NCBI GenBank assembly: GCA_963665325.3
Contig: CAXXWS020000003.1
Coordinates: 768,001-832,000 of the forward strand
Origin: Alphaproteobacteria bacterium
GTDB lineage: Bacteria; Pseudomonadota; Alphaproteobacteria; Bin95
Direction: 5' to 3'
Length of the DNA: 64,000 bases
Shown here: in pieces, positions 40,452 through 50,183 of the stretch
How positions within the stretch are numbered: position 1 is the first letter of the stretch
Layout of the letters: every line of letters starts with the position of its first letter
Made by a program: the position numbers and the translations under genes
The notes under the pieces: generated by a model
Seen by the model: only the letters and a program-made list of their open reading frames with translations
What the model was told of the DNA's origin: nothing
Databases searched by the model: none

Positions 40452-42257
40452 ATGGCTCGGCAGAACCCCAACAAGTTCCTTCCGTTTGACAAGTACCATG
40501 TCGCCCCCATCGGCGGCATTGACCAAGACTCCCTGAAGAAAGCCGCCAAGCTCGCGCGAACCAAATATCGCGACGATGAACGCAAGCTGTCCCACAGCCT
40601 CGTTCTGAACCACATCGCCAAGTCTCTGGGATTTCGCGGAGGCTTCGGCGGATATGTCCGCGACTACAAGGACCGGCTGGAAGTGTTCATGCGGGAGCAC
40701 GGCCTCGTTTCCAGATCCGACGTGTTCGCTCCCCTTCCCCTTGCCGGCGACGCCGTCGTCGCGTTGACATACAGGCAGATCGCCGACCGTCTGTTTTCCT
40801 CCGGGCGTCCCATGCCCAAACGGATATTCGTGGGCGCGGGAGTCGCCGTTTTCGACCTGCTGGAGGCAGCACCGGCCCAAGGGCTCAAAGTAGGGTTCAT
40901 GACGTCGGGCAAGAGCCTGGCTTTCACGGACGTCAACCCCGCCAGGATCGACCGCACCGTACCGCCTGCCAGCTACTCCATACACAGTCCCGAGGCGGAA
41001 CTGTGCCTATCGGAAGCAAAGTTCTCGTTCGGCAATCTCATCGGGGACCAACTCTGCGATGCGGGCAGCGGCGCCCGCATCGTCGCTCAGGCCTACAACA
41101 TCGATGACGTCAGGCGCGAGCGGCTGCAGGCGTCCGGCAGGCTCCTGCGTCGCATCCTGGATGCCTGTCCCTCCGGATGGGTGGAAGTCATCCCCTACAA
41201 CGACCGCCTCGCCTTCCTGAAAGGTCCCGGCGGCGGATACGAGTTCGTCTTCAAGGGCATGCGCGACGCCGCGTTCAGACGGAATGTCCATGCCCCGTTT
41301 CTCCGCAACAAGGACGTCTCCAAGTCGGAGGACGCAAACGATTTCGAACTCCACCTCTACTTCGAGTATCGCGATTGGCTCGAATCCGACCGGCATGAAG
41401 CCGAGACGGCCTTCTATGCAAACGGCGGTTCGACGCTCACCTACCCCGGACAGGATGAGATATTGAAGGCTCATCTTGCCCGGAACGGAAGCTATGTACC
41501 GCCTATAAAGAAGGCCCCTAGGCGGCCCCCTTACACCCTGGCCGAACGGGCCGGGCACAGGCTCTGCTTCTCGGAACTCGTCACGGTCGAGCAGTTCAAC
41601 CGCTTTCTCGATCGCAATCACGACTATGTGGAGCACAGGCGGCGCGTTCTCGGTGACGAACCTCTGGAGACCGTCAACGATGAGCCTCCGCACTTGCCGG
41701 CCGCCACGACCTGGTACGACGCGAAAGCCTACGCCAGATGGATCAAGCGCACCCAAATGCTTCCCGTCCGGCTGCCCACCGAAGAAGAGTACCTCGTCCT
41801 CGCCGCCGACCTCATCCCCGACCAAATCTCCGGTGAAGAACTCAGGGAAGCCCTCGGGAAACGCCTCTGCGTCTTCTTCGATGCCCAAGGCAACAGGTTC
41901 GACGGGCATCCGCCCTACATGTCCCGGCCCGAATTCGCGCGTTTGCAATGCCGCTACGACCGGGACCGCATCGAGTGGGCTGAAGCAGCGACAGGGCTGA
42001 AAACCATCCGCTCCGCCTGGTTCGGCGAGTGGCTCTTGCCTGTTGGAGCGGCGATCAACGGCCGGTTCATGTGTTCCCAATACGATGTCCACCTCGCGGC
42101 CCAAATGAGAATTTCCGCAGAGAGAGGTCGTTTCGCTGCATGGAGCACCGGCAAGTACAAGTCGATGAAGATCGGTTTCCGCCTCGTTTACGAGGCGGAT
42201 ATCGGAAGTTCTAACACCCGCCGCGCTTCGGGTCGCACCGGGGATGCCGGGCGATGA
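40452..42257 (+). CDS. FGE-sulfatase (C-type-lectin fold) domain protein with N-terminal glyoxalase_8-like helical domain
   Basis: N-terminal LKKAAK...LSHSLVLNHIAKSLGF; C-terminal VTVEQFNRF, TWYDAKAYARW, RLPTEEEY, IGFRLV; GGAGA RBS. Confidence 0.72.
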   Translation: MARQNPNKFLPFDKYHVAPIGGIDQDSLKKAAKLARTKYRDDERKLSHSLVLNHIAKSLGFRGGFGGYVRDYKDRLEVFMREHGLVSRSDVFAPLPLAGDAVVALTYRQIADRLFSSGRPMPKRIFVGAGVAVFDLLEAAPAQGLKVGFMTSGKSLAFTDVNPARIDRTVPPASYSIHSPEAELCLSEAKFSFGNLIGDQLCDAGSGARIVAQAYNIDDVRRERLQASGRLLRRILDACPSGWVEVIPYNDRLAFLKGPGGGYEFVFKGMRDAAFRRNVHAPFLRNKDVSKSEDANDFELHLYFEYRDWLESDRHEAETAFYANGGSTLTYPGQDEILKAHLARNGSYVPPIKKAPRRPPYTLAERAGHRLCFSELVTVEQFNRFLDRNHDYVEHRRRVLGDEPLETVNDEPPHLPAATTWYDAKAYARWIKRTQMLPVRLPTEEEYLVLAADLIPDQISGEELREALGKRLCVFFDAQGNRFDGHPPYMSRPEFARLQCRYDRDRIEWAEAATGLKTIRSAWFGEWLLPVGAAINGRFMCSQYDVHLAAQMRISAERGRFAAWSTGKYKSMKIGFRLVYEADIGSSNTRRASGRTGDAGR

Positions 42258-42493
42258 AGGACAGCAGTTCGAAAGAGATAGACGTTTTGGTCCGTGAGAA
42301 GGTTCGTTCGGGATGGACCTTCCGTCGCGGCAGAAAACACGGTCGGATATATGCTCCGGGCAGCAAGCACTTTGTTACGGTGCCGATTTCTCCGAGCGAC
42401 CGGCGAAGCCGCAATAACTTCGAACGGGACTTGCGACGGATGAGCAGCGGAGAGCGGGTTCCCGAACGGTCTTCTTCGGAGGATCGAGCGTGA
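42254..42493 (+). CDS. HicA-like small toxin-fold protein
   Basis: GWTFRRGRKH...VTVPISPSD.R...N..RDLRR; ATGA overlap with the FGE gene. Confidence 0.65.
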   Translation: MKDSSSKEIDVLVREKVRSGWTFRRGRKHGRIYAPGSKHFVTVPISPSDRRSRNNFERDLRRMSSGERVPERSSSEDRA

Positions 42494-42769
42494 CCCGGGC
42501 ATGACGATCACGGAGGAGGCAGGCGCAGCGGCGATCCTGGCCAACGCCGCGACTTCCGATCCGAAATGCCGGTGTACACTACTCCACTGCGAGACGAGGC
42601 GCCCGCCAATGCCGTCGCGCCCACCGCTTCATGCAGGACAGCGGTCGCGCCGGCCGCGTGCAGAGGACTCTCCGCACCCCCCTGCTGCGCTGCCCGCTTG
42701 GCGACCGCCGTTCCCGACCTCCCGGCCGCCTTGGCTTCCGAGCGGGAACGCCGCCGCTATTGCGCAGCG

Positions 42770-42950
42770 GTCGGGATGGGGCCACCCGCGCTGCGCTTGG
42801 AACAAGTATTCGCTTGCCACTTGGAAGCTGCGCGCGCGCGGAACGTTGCGATACTCGGTGTGGCAGCCGGTCGGCCGGTCGATGCGGTCGCCACTTGGAG
42901 CGAAGCCGGGCCTGTCGCCGGCGGCACGGGCCTGACCATCCGCCGGCCCG
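42770..42950 (+). pseudogene. Decayed paralog of the SLOG/DprA-like gene at 44764
   Basis: HP..AWNKYS...KL.AR/NVAILG...RPVDAVATWSEAG...GGTGLTIR across frameshifts, vs HPAWDRCS...KLHARNAAVV...RPVHAVVAWSAEG...GGTGMAIR. Confidence 0.55.
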
Positions 42951-43041
42951 CCGACCGCGGGCGCGGCGCCGCCATGCCGGGGAGCACGTGCCGCCGGCCC
43001 ACCGCCGGCGGATACCGTCACACCCGAGGGAACCATCCGCC

Positions 43042-43311
43042 ATGACCGTGCAGACCCTGCCCGACGAACCCAATTTCTGTGTGGTGCCGGCCTACGACGT
43101 CGAGGCCGACGTTCAGCAGATCCACTTCGTCATCGACGGCATGGCGGGCCATGTGCCCACGGCATTGGAGGCCCTGACGATGGACGATGCCCTGAACATC
43201 TGCGGCAAGCTGAACCGCAGCCTTGGCTATGAACGCGAGGCTTGGACCGCCATGGCGGCGGCCTCCATGCGCGCCGAGGACGACGATCCCGACAGCGACG
43301 CTTGGCATTGA
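43042..43311 (+). CDS. Small hypothetical protein, copy B
   Basis: Same length as copy A and highly similar (MTxQTLPDEPNFC.VPAYDVE.DVQQI...WH). Confidence 0.75.
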   Translation: MTVQTLPDEPNFCVVPAYDVEADVQQIHFVIDGMAGHVPTALEALTMDDALNICGKLNRSLGYEREAWTAMAAASMRAEDDDPDSDAWH

Positions 43312-43432
43312 GGGCCGTTCATTGCTCCGCAGCCGGCCCGCCGTCCGCCCGCGGCTTGTCGGCTGTCTACACAATTGCTATATCCAGAAGCCAAGGCAAC
43401 GCCCCCGCCAAACCCGGAAGAGGGAGACCGCC

Positions 43433-43690
43433 ATGCCCCAGGTGAACCTGCGCACGTCCAGCGAGCGCCTGGCCGTGATCGACCGCGCGGCGGCGATCCG
43501 GGGCGTCAGCCGAACCGAGTTCGTGCTGCGCTCCAGCGAGGCGGCGGCGATCGAGATCCTGAACGAGCGCCCCGTCATCGCCCTCGACGACGAGGCCTGG
43601 GACGACTTCGCCGCCGCGCTCGACGCGCCCGTGGAGATCGACCCCGCCGTGAAGGCGCGCTACGCGCGCCGGCCCCAGTGGGACCGCTAG
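43433..43690 (+). CDS. DUF1778 RHH antitoxin (TacA/AtaR-like)
   Basis: VNLR...IDRAAAIRGVSRTEFVL...L.DEAWDDF..ALDAP. Confidence 0.88.
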   Translation: MPQVNLRTSSERLAVIDRAAAIRGVSRTEFVLRSSEAAAIEILNERPVIALDDEAWDDFAAALDAPVEIDPAVKARYARRPQWDR

Positions 43691-44181
43691 GCCCGCCCGA
43701 GCCGCTCGCGTCCCGCCACGACATCTCACAGTTCTCCTCGGGCGTCCCCACCCTCGATGCATGGCTCCGGGGCAAGGCGCGGCTGAACGAGGCCAGGGGC
43801 GGCGCGCGCACCTATGTCGCCTGCGACGGCGACCGCGTCGCCGGGTTCTACAGCCTCGCCGCCAGCGCCGTGGAACGGCGCCGGGTGTCGTCCCGGATCG
43901 GCCGCAACATGCCGGACCCGGTTCCGGTCATCCTTCTCGGCCAACTCGCTGTGGACGAGGCCTGGCGCGGCCGGCGCCTCGGCTCGGACCTCCTGATCGA
44001 CGCGGCCAGGCGTTCCCTGGCAGCCGCCGGCACGGTCGGCGCCCGCGCCGTCGTCGTGCAGGCCATCGACGAACGCGCGCGCGCCTTCTACGAACGGTTC
44101 GGCTTCCGCCCGTTCTCGGAGCGCGAGCCGCTCATGCTGGTCCTGCGCATGTCCGAGATCGCCGGCCTGCTGGACGCGTGA
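43678..44181 (+). CDS. GNAT acetyltransferase toxin (TacT/AtaT-like)
   Basis: HD...FSSG...LD.WL, GFYSL, PVILLGQLAVD..WRGRRLG, FYERFGF; overlaps the antitoxin. Confidence 0.88.
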   Translation: MGPLGPPEPLASRHDISQFSSGVPTLDAWLRGKARLNEARGGARTYVACDGDRVAGFYSLAASAVERRRVSSRIGRNMPDPVPVILLGQLAVDEAWRGRRLGSDLLIDAARRSLAAAGTVGARAVVVQAIDERARAFYERFGFRPFSEREPLMLVLRMSEIAGLLDA

Positions 44182-44211
44182 GCTGCGCAGCCGGCCCGCC
44201 GTCCGCCGGCA

Positions 44212-44625
44212 TCAGCCGCGCCGGGCCAGCCACCACCAGGCGCCCCATACCGGCAGGCTGAGCACGATCGCACAGACAGCGATCGCGAGCGGTCCCAGCA
44301 GTCCCGCGACCACCGACGCCGCGACCGTGACCGCGCCCGACCCGATGCCCGCCAACCACGCGCCGCGCCGGTAGCCCAGCCGCCAGAGGCGCCGGCAGCC
44401 CAGCCGCCAGAGGCGCCGGCAGCCCAGCGCGAGCGGCAGACCGCAGGGAACGACCGGGATCAGCCATCCGGCTGCCATCGGCAGCGACGGCCACATGTGC
44501 GGGTCTCCGGTCACGACCGTTCCCGGACCGAACCGCAGCGCCGCCTGCGCGAGCACCCCGGCCGGCAGCCACAGCAATGCCAGCGGCCAGAACCCGTGCC
44601 GCGCGATCCATCCCCGCCCGTTCAT
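44212..44625 (-). CDS. Small membrane protein with an internal 8-aa duplication
   Basis: Several hydrophobic segments; LGCRRLWR repeated from a 24-bp tandem duplication at 44373-44420. Confidence 0.55.
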   Translation of the reverse strand: MNGRGWIARHGFWPLALLWLPAGVLAQAALRFGPGTVVTGDPHMWPSLPMAAGWLIPVVPCGLPLALGCRRLWRLGCRRLWRLGYRRGAWLAGIGSGAVTVAASVVAGLLGPLAIAVCAIVLSLPVWGAWWWLARRG

Positions 44626-44763
44626 GCCATAGCGATGCACCCGCCGCGGCGGCAATGCAAGCACCCCGGAACCACCGCAGCCGAAGAGGAAGAGGAGAGC
44701 GGACCGGGAGCGAAGCCGCTGTCGGAGAGGGAGCGGCGGCAATCGCAACCGGGGAGATCGGAC

Positions 44764-45300
44764 ATGGCGACATTGACCTATGCAGGGATCGGGGCGCGGG
44801 CGACACCAGAGGTCGTGCTGTCCGATATGACCGTAATGGCAGGGTGGCTGGCGCGGACCGGCTGGCATCTTGCGAGCGGCGGCGCAGCCGGAGCCGACAG
44901 CGCATTCGCCGCGGGAGCGCCGGCCGGACAGCGGACGGTCTGGCTGCCGTGGCGGGGCTACAACGGGCGTCGCGGGCCGGACTGCCGGGTGCTGTCTGCG
45001 GTGGCGATGGTGGCATCCATGGAGGTCGCTGCCGGCCTGCATCCCGCGTGGGACCGGTGTTCGCCCGCCGTCCGCAAGCTGCATGCCAGGAACGCGGCCG
45101 TGGTTACGGGTGGAAATCTCGACCGCCCCGTCCATGCAGTCGTAGCGTGGTCGGCCGAAGGACGCGCTGAGGGCGGAACCGGCATGGCCATCCGCATCGC
45201 CGAGGCCCGCGGCATCCCGGTATTCAATCTGGGGTCGATGTCGCCACGGGCCGTGTGCGAACGGCTGCTGGAAATTCGTCGTTCCGTCACCGGTTCGTAG
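44764..45300 (+). CDS. SLOG/DprA-like Rossmann-fold protein (phage-type)
   Basis: YAGIGARATP, LASGGAAGADSAF, LHARN, GGTGMAIRIA...IPVFNL. Confidence 0.8.
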   Translation: MATLTYAGIGARATPEVVLSDMTVMAGWLARTGWHLASGGAAGADSAFAAGAPAGQRTVWLPWRGYNGRRGPDCRVLSAVAMVASMEVAAGLHPAWDRCSPAVRKLHARNAAVVTGGNLDRPVHAVVAWSAEGRAEGGTGMAIRIAEARGIPVFNLGSMSPRAVCERLLEIRRSVTGS

Positions 45301-45422
45301 AGCAGGAGAAGAGCGCCTGTCGGGCGAGTGTCCGGCAGGCCGGAGGAGAGGGTCCTCCGCGCCCACCCCGGATCGGTGTCCGGGGCAGGTCGCCGGGCAG
45401 GCAACGGCAGAGGAGTTCCCCC

Positions 45423-45671
45423 ATGTTTCTTTCCGCCCATTCTCTCGAACCCGGCAGCAGCGACCTGCTCGCCGAACTCGGCATCGACCCGCTGACCGTC
45501 CGCGAGGTCATCGACGACGACCGTGCGATGCGCTGTCCGGACCACGCTGCGGTGTTTCCCGCATACGGCTTCACGAGCCTCTCCCCGGAACCGCAGCTGG
45601 ACTACGGCCTGCACGAGCCGGCGCCGGCGGATCCCTGGGACCCGGCGTCGTCGCTGCCTCTGGCGGACTAG
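45423..45671 (+). CDS. Small hypothetical protein
   Basis: GAGGAG RBS; acidic 82-aa ORF. Confidence 0.45.
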   Translation: MFLSAHSLEPGSSDLLAELGIDPLTVREVIDDDRAMRCPDHAAVFPAYGFTSLSPEPQLDYGLHEPAPADPWDPASSLPLAD

Positions 45672-45780
45672 AGGTGGAGGAGGGCTTGGAGAGATTGAAC
45701 GGTCGGGGGTTCGGGGGAGTGAACCCGGCCCCGGTCGTTCGCAACCCATCGTCAACACTTGGACCCATGAGGAGATCGTC

Positions 45781-46239
45781 ATGGCCTTCGGATTGAACAA
45801 GGTGCAGATCATCGGCCGCCTCGGCGCCGACGTCACCGTCAACCACCTCACCTCGGGCGGCCGCGTCGCCAATCTGAGCATTGCGACCGACGAGTCGTAT
45901 ATCGATCGCAATTCCGGGAACAAAATCGACAAGACCGAGTGGCACCGGGTCGTCACCTTCCAGGACGGACTGATCGACATGCTGGTGAAGCATGCGAAGA
46001 AGAGCCGCCTGGTCTATGTCGACGGCAAGCTCCAGACCCGGCGCTGGTCGAAGCCCGGCGAGGACGGCGACCGCTTCTCGACCGAGATCCTGCTCGTGCC
46101 CGGCGGCCGGGTGCAATTCCTGGACAAGCCGAAGGACGACGCACCGGCGCAGGCCGCCGATCCCGCGATGTCGGGCGACGGCGGCGGCATGCCGGCCGGC
46201 GGCGCGCCCGCGGACCTGGACGACGACATCCCGTTCTAA
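45781..46239 (+). CDS. ssb: Single-stranded DNA-binding protein
   Basis: LNKVQIIGRLGAD, TEWHRVV, GKLQTRRW, C-terminal DDDIPF. Confidence 0.95.
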   Translation: MAFGLNKVQIIGRLGADVTVNHLTSGGRVANLSIATDESYIDRNSGNKIDKTEWHRVVTFQDGLIDMLVKHAKKSRLVYVDGKLQTRRWSKPGEDGDRFSTEILLVPGGRVQFLDKPKDDAPAQAADPAMSGDGGGMPAGGAPADLDDDIPF

Positions 46240-46260
46240 GCGGCCCATTGCCGAAACTGT

Positions 46261-46300
46261 AAAGCCCGTGGGGTCAACACCCTGCGGGCTTTCGTTTCTT
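46261..46300 (+). terminator. Intrinsic terminator after ssb
   Basis: AAAGCCCGTGGGG-TCAACA-CCCTGCGGGCTTT followed by a T-rich tail. Confidence 0.7.
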
Positions 46301-46548
46301 ACACTCTCCCACTCCGTAACGTTTCCCCTCCCGACATCGTTCCGGCGGGCCCCTCCCTCCCGCCGACCCTGGCCGGTTCCGCGTTCCTCCCGCGCGGGAC
46401 CGGCCATTTTTTATGCAGCCGGTCCAGAGCCGTCCCCGGCCGGACGGCACGGCTCGCGCTTCGCGCATCGCCCGCCGTCCCGGCGCCGGCCGGAGGCGGA
46501 GGCCGGCCGGTATCGGGCGTCCCGCATGGAATGGAAGGAAGGCCCCGC

Positions 46549-47640
46549 ATGCAGCACGAACCGTCTCCCGCCGCCGCCATCGCCGCGGCGCTCGCCGCGC
46601 GCGCCGAGGACGTCTGCCGGCGCTATCTCCCCAACGGACGCAGGCTGGGCCGCTACTGGATCTGCGGCGACCTCGACGGCGCCCGCGGCCGCTCGCTCTT
46701 CGTCCGCCTCTCCGGGTCCGGCAAGTCCGGTGGCTGGACGGACGCAGCAACGGGGCAGCACGGCGACCTGCTCGACCTCATCCGCTACCGCACCAACGCG
46801 CCGACGCTGCGCGCCGCGCTCGACGAGGCGCGGGCGTTCCTCGCCCTGCCGCCTGTGGCGACACCTGCTTCGGACGAGCCGTATGACGCGACCGAGGCGG
46901 CGCGGCGCCTGTGGCGGCGCTGCCGCGCCGTCGCCGGCAGCCATGCCGAGCGCTATCTCCAGGCGCGGGGTCTGTCGCGCTGCCGCTTTGCGGCGCTACG
47001 CTTCCATCCCGAGCTTCGCTACCGCGAAGGCTCCACCGTGCGCCGCTTCCCGGCGCTGGTCGCCGCCGTCACCGCCAGCGACGGCGCGATTACCGGCGTG
47101 CAGCGGACCTGGCTCGATCCGCGCCGGCCCGCCAAGGCGGGCGTCGCGACCCCGCGCAAGGCGCTCGGCCGCATTCACGGCCTCGCGGTGCGCTTCGGCG
47201 CGCCTTCCGGCCTCGCTCCACTCGTCGTCGGCGAGGGCATCGAGACCGTCCTGTCGCTGATCACCGCCGTGCCGGAGATCCGCGCGGCCGCCGCGCTATC
47301 GGCCGGCAGCCTCGGCGCGTTCGCGCCGCCGCCCGGTGTCGCCCGCCTGGTCATCGCCCGCGACAACGACGAGGACGGCGCGCTCGCCGCCGAACGTCTC
47401 GCCCGGCGCTGCGCGCGGGCCGGCGTCGCCGCCACGATCGTCGTCCCCGTCGGCAACGACTTCAACGACGACCTGGTCGACCTCGGCGCACTGGCTCTGC
47501 GCGCCCGGTTGGCGCCGCTGTTCCGCTGCGGGGCCTGCCCCGGATCCCGGATCGCGTCCTGGACAGGCTCCCGATCCGGGGGAGGAGGAGAAGAGCGGAA
47601 GGTCGGGCGAGCCGACCCGAGGAGAGGAGAGAGTCGATGA
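46549..47640 (+). CDS. Toprim-domain primase-like protein
   Basis: GDLLDLI, YLQARG, GVQRTWL, VGEGIETVLS, IARDND, DFNDDL. Confidence 0.85.
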   Translation: MQHEPSPAAAIAAALAARAEDVCRRYLPNGRRLGRYWICGDLDGARGRSLFVRLSGSGKSGGWTDAATGQHGDLLDLIRYRTNAPTLRAALDEARAFLALPPVATPASDEPYDATEAARRLWRRCRAVAGSHAERYLQARGLSRCRFAALRFHPELRYREGSTVRRFPALVAAVTASDGAITGVQRTWLDPRRPAKAGVATPRKALGRIHGLAVRFGAPSGLAPLVVGEGIETVLSLITAVPEIRAAAALSAGSLGAFAPPPGVARLVIARDNDEDGALAAERLARRCARAGVAATIVVPVGNDFNDDLVDLGALALRARLAPLFRCGACPGSRIASWTGSRSGGGGEERKVGRADPRRGESR

Positions 47641-47978
47641 GCGCCGTCATCAATCTCAGGCACGAGCCGAAGCTGCGCGAGGAATTCGAATATGCGCATG
47701 TCGTAAACAACACCGTGCTGATCGACCGCCGCACGAAGTGGGGAAACCCGTTTCGAGTCGGTCGCGGCCAAACTGCCGGGCAGGCGGTCGCGCGCTACCG
47801 CGTCCATCTCTGGGAGCGCATCCGCGCGGGCGAGATTCCCCTGGAGGAGCTTGCCGAACTGGAATCCTGCTGGTTGGCATGTTGGTGCTCGGGGGATGGG
47901 CATCCCTGCCACGGCGAGGTGCTCGAACGCGCGGCAACCTGGGCAGCGCGGGTGCTGGCTGAGCGGGCCGATGCGTGA
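47637..47978 (+). CDS. DUF4326 protein
   Basis: IDRRTKWGNPF...LACWC...CHGEVL. Confidence 0.85.
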   Translation: MSAVINLRHEPKLREEFEYAHVVNNTVLIDRRTKWGNPFRVGRGQTAGQAVARYRVHLWERIRAGEIPLEELAELESCWLACWCSGDGHPCHGEVLERAATWAARVLAERADA

Positions 47979-48362
47979 CGCGCCTCCGTGCCTCCTCCCG
48001 AACGCCGTGCCGGGCCGAACCGCCGATGGGGTCGGTGCAGGGGGAGAGAATTGGCTGCCTGCTGTGCTGGTTCATTGTGCCACACGTGCTCCCTCCGCCA
48101 ACCCCTGCGGGGTCCTCCGCTGCGCTCCGGCGCGGGGAGGTTCCGCTAGGCGCCGCGCCGGGGCGACCGTGGCTCAGGCCCAAGCTCCGCCAAGGCTCGT
48201 TCCTCGCCAGGCTCCACTAGGGCCTTGCGCCCGCACCACTCGCCCCGGCGCGGCGCCAAGCTCCACCAACCCCGCGTGGCTGCGGTCCGCGCGCGTGACC
48301 CAAAAAACCATCACATCGGGGCACACGCTCCGAACCGTGCAACCCAGGATCGGGAGATCGTC

Positions 48363-49286
48363 ATGACCATCATCGAGAACATCGAAACCGCCGAGCAGTC
48401 CGTCACCGCGACCGTCTGCGAGAACGCCGCCCTCTACGGCGCTGCCCCCGAGCGCGACGAGTTCGACACCCGGGACGTCTGGGACGCCGACGACGCGACC
48501 GACGCGGTGCTCGAGTCCTTCCGCATCCTCTGCGAAGGCGTCGGGCCGGACGGGTTCCAGCTCGCCGACGAGCGCGAGAGCCTGCTCTGGGGCTTCGTCA
48601 ACATGTTCGACGCCCAGACCCAGCGCCTCGACCGCGCCGCCGACAAGCTGATGCCCGACCTCCGCGACCTCCAGCGCGAGCAGGACGGCACCGAGATCAA
48701 GTCGCGCGAGCTGGAGCTGACGACCGACCGGGCGCAGAACCTCACCGCCCGGCGCGATGCGTTCGAGCGGATGCGCGACGAAGCCGCCGAGGCATACCGC
48801 AGCGAGACCGGCGGCATGTGGCGGCCCCGGCGCGGATCGCATGCGAGCCAGACCGGCAAGCTGACCTCCGCCGCCATCGACGCCCGCGACTACCAGCGCG
48901 CGAGGAAGGACCGCAAGACCATGGCGCACCTGCCGCAGGGCACCCTCGTCGCCATCGCCGGCGGAAAGGACATCGCCAACCCGGCGGCGGTGATCGAGCG
49001 CCTGGAGAAAGCCCGCGAGAAATACGCAGACATGGTGCTCGTGCATGGCGGCGGACCCGGCGTCGAGAAGATCGCGGCAAGCTGGGCCGAGCGCAACGGC
49101 GTCCACCAGATCGTCTGCAAGCCGGACTGGGACCGCCACGGACGCGCCGCACCGTTCCGCCGCAACGACGAGCTGCTGAACCTCCTGCCGAAGGGCGTCA
49201 TCGCGTTCCCCGGCTCCGGCATCACCGAGAACCTCGTCGACAAGGCCCGGCAGCTCGGTATCCCGGTCCAGCGCATCGCAGCCTGA
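48363..49286 (+). CDS. DUF2493 (YspA/SLOG-like) domain protein
   Basis: LLWGFVNMF; C-terminal VAIAGG, LVHGG.PGVE.IA..WA, AAPFRRND, IAFPGSGIT.NL. Confidence 0.82.
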   Translation: MTIIENIETAEQSVTATVCENAALYGAAPERDEFDTRDVWDADDATDAVLESFRILCEGVGPDGFQLADERESLLWGFVNMFDAQTQRLDRAADKLMPDLRDLQREQDGTEIKSRELELTTDRAQNLTARRDAFERMRDEAAEAYRSETGGMWRPRRGSHASQTGKLTSAAIDARDYQRARKDRKTMAHLPQGTLVAIAGGKDIANPAAVIERLEKAREKYADMVLVHGGGPGVEKIAASWAERNGVHQIVCKPDWDRHGRAAPFRRNDELLNLLPKGVIAFPGSGITENLVDKARQLGIPVQRIAA

Positions 49287-50183
49287 CCGCAACATCTCGC
49301 GGGCCGCGTCGTCTTCCGGGCGGCGCGGCCCGTTTCGTTTCCGACAAACGGTGTTGCGGCGGCACCGTCGTCCTCGCGCGCGCTTCGCGCCGCGCTCGCG
49401 ACCGCCGCGCCACTCGATTGCAGATGCACTTCACCGCGCATCGGTGCCGTCGGCACTGCCGGCGCTCGTGACCGGTGCTCCGGTCACTCGCCGCTGCACC
49501 ATGCTGCACATGAGTGCATCGCCTGCTGCGCCGATCCTGGCGCACCGCCGCTCGCATCGCTCGCGGCATTCGTGCAGGCGCGCCCGCGGAGCCCGCCGTC
49601 ACTGCGCTCGACACTTCGTCCCTTCGCAGTGTCCGCATCGTCCGCCGCTCAATCGCCGCTGCGGCTCCGATCCGCCGGGTCCTCCGGCGTCGATCTTCCC
49701 GATCTCCCGTACAGCATGAATCGTCTGTCTGACCCGCCGGGCGGGCCTTGGGTTTCACACCTGACGCAGTTCCTCTGCGGTCATGGCGGAGGCTGCGAAT
49801 GACTGCGATGGGCTGCGCAGGCCTGCGATTCTGCGCAGCGCTGTCATGCCGGGAAAAGTCCGCCGCTACAGCGCGCCTGGCCTTGCGGTCAGGCCGCGCA
49901 GTGAGAGCGGCGAGAATTCAGGGGCTTGACTGGCCCCCGCTGCAACGCTCCGTTCGCACCGCCGTCAGAGCGCATATCCTCTGTCCGATAGAGGGCGGTT
50001 CAGCGGCGTGCGCTGGCGTGCGCACCGCCATGACGAGGGCACTTCCGCGGCGCTCGGCTTGACATTGCTTTGCGCCGGGTGGAAGCGTTCGTCTCATGCC
50101 AGGATGTCCAGCATTGGCTTGAATTGCCGAGAAGATCGGGACGGTGACCGTGGTCGCGATCGAGCAGGAAAAGGGACAGGAAG

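Noticed and set aside
40452-42257. FGE-domain protein as a diversity-generating retroelement target
   Set aside because: No reverse transcriptase and no template/variable repeat pair seen in the window.
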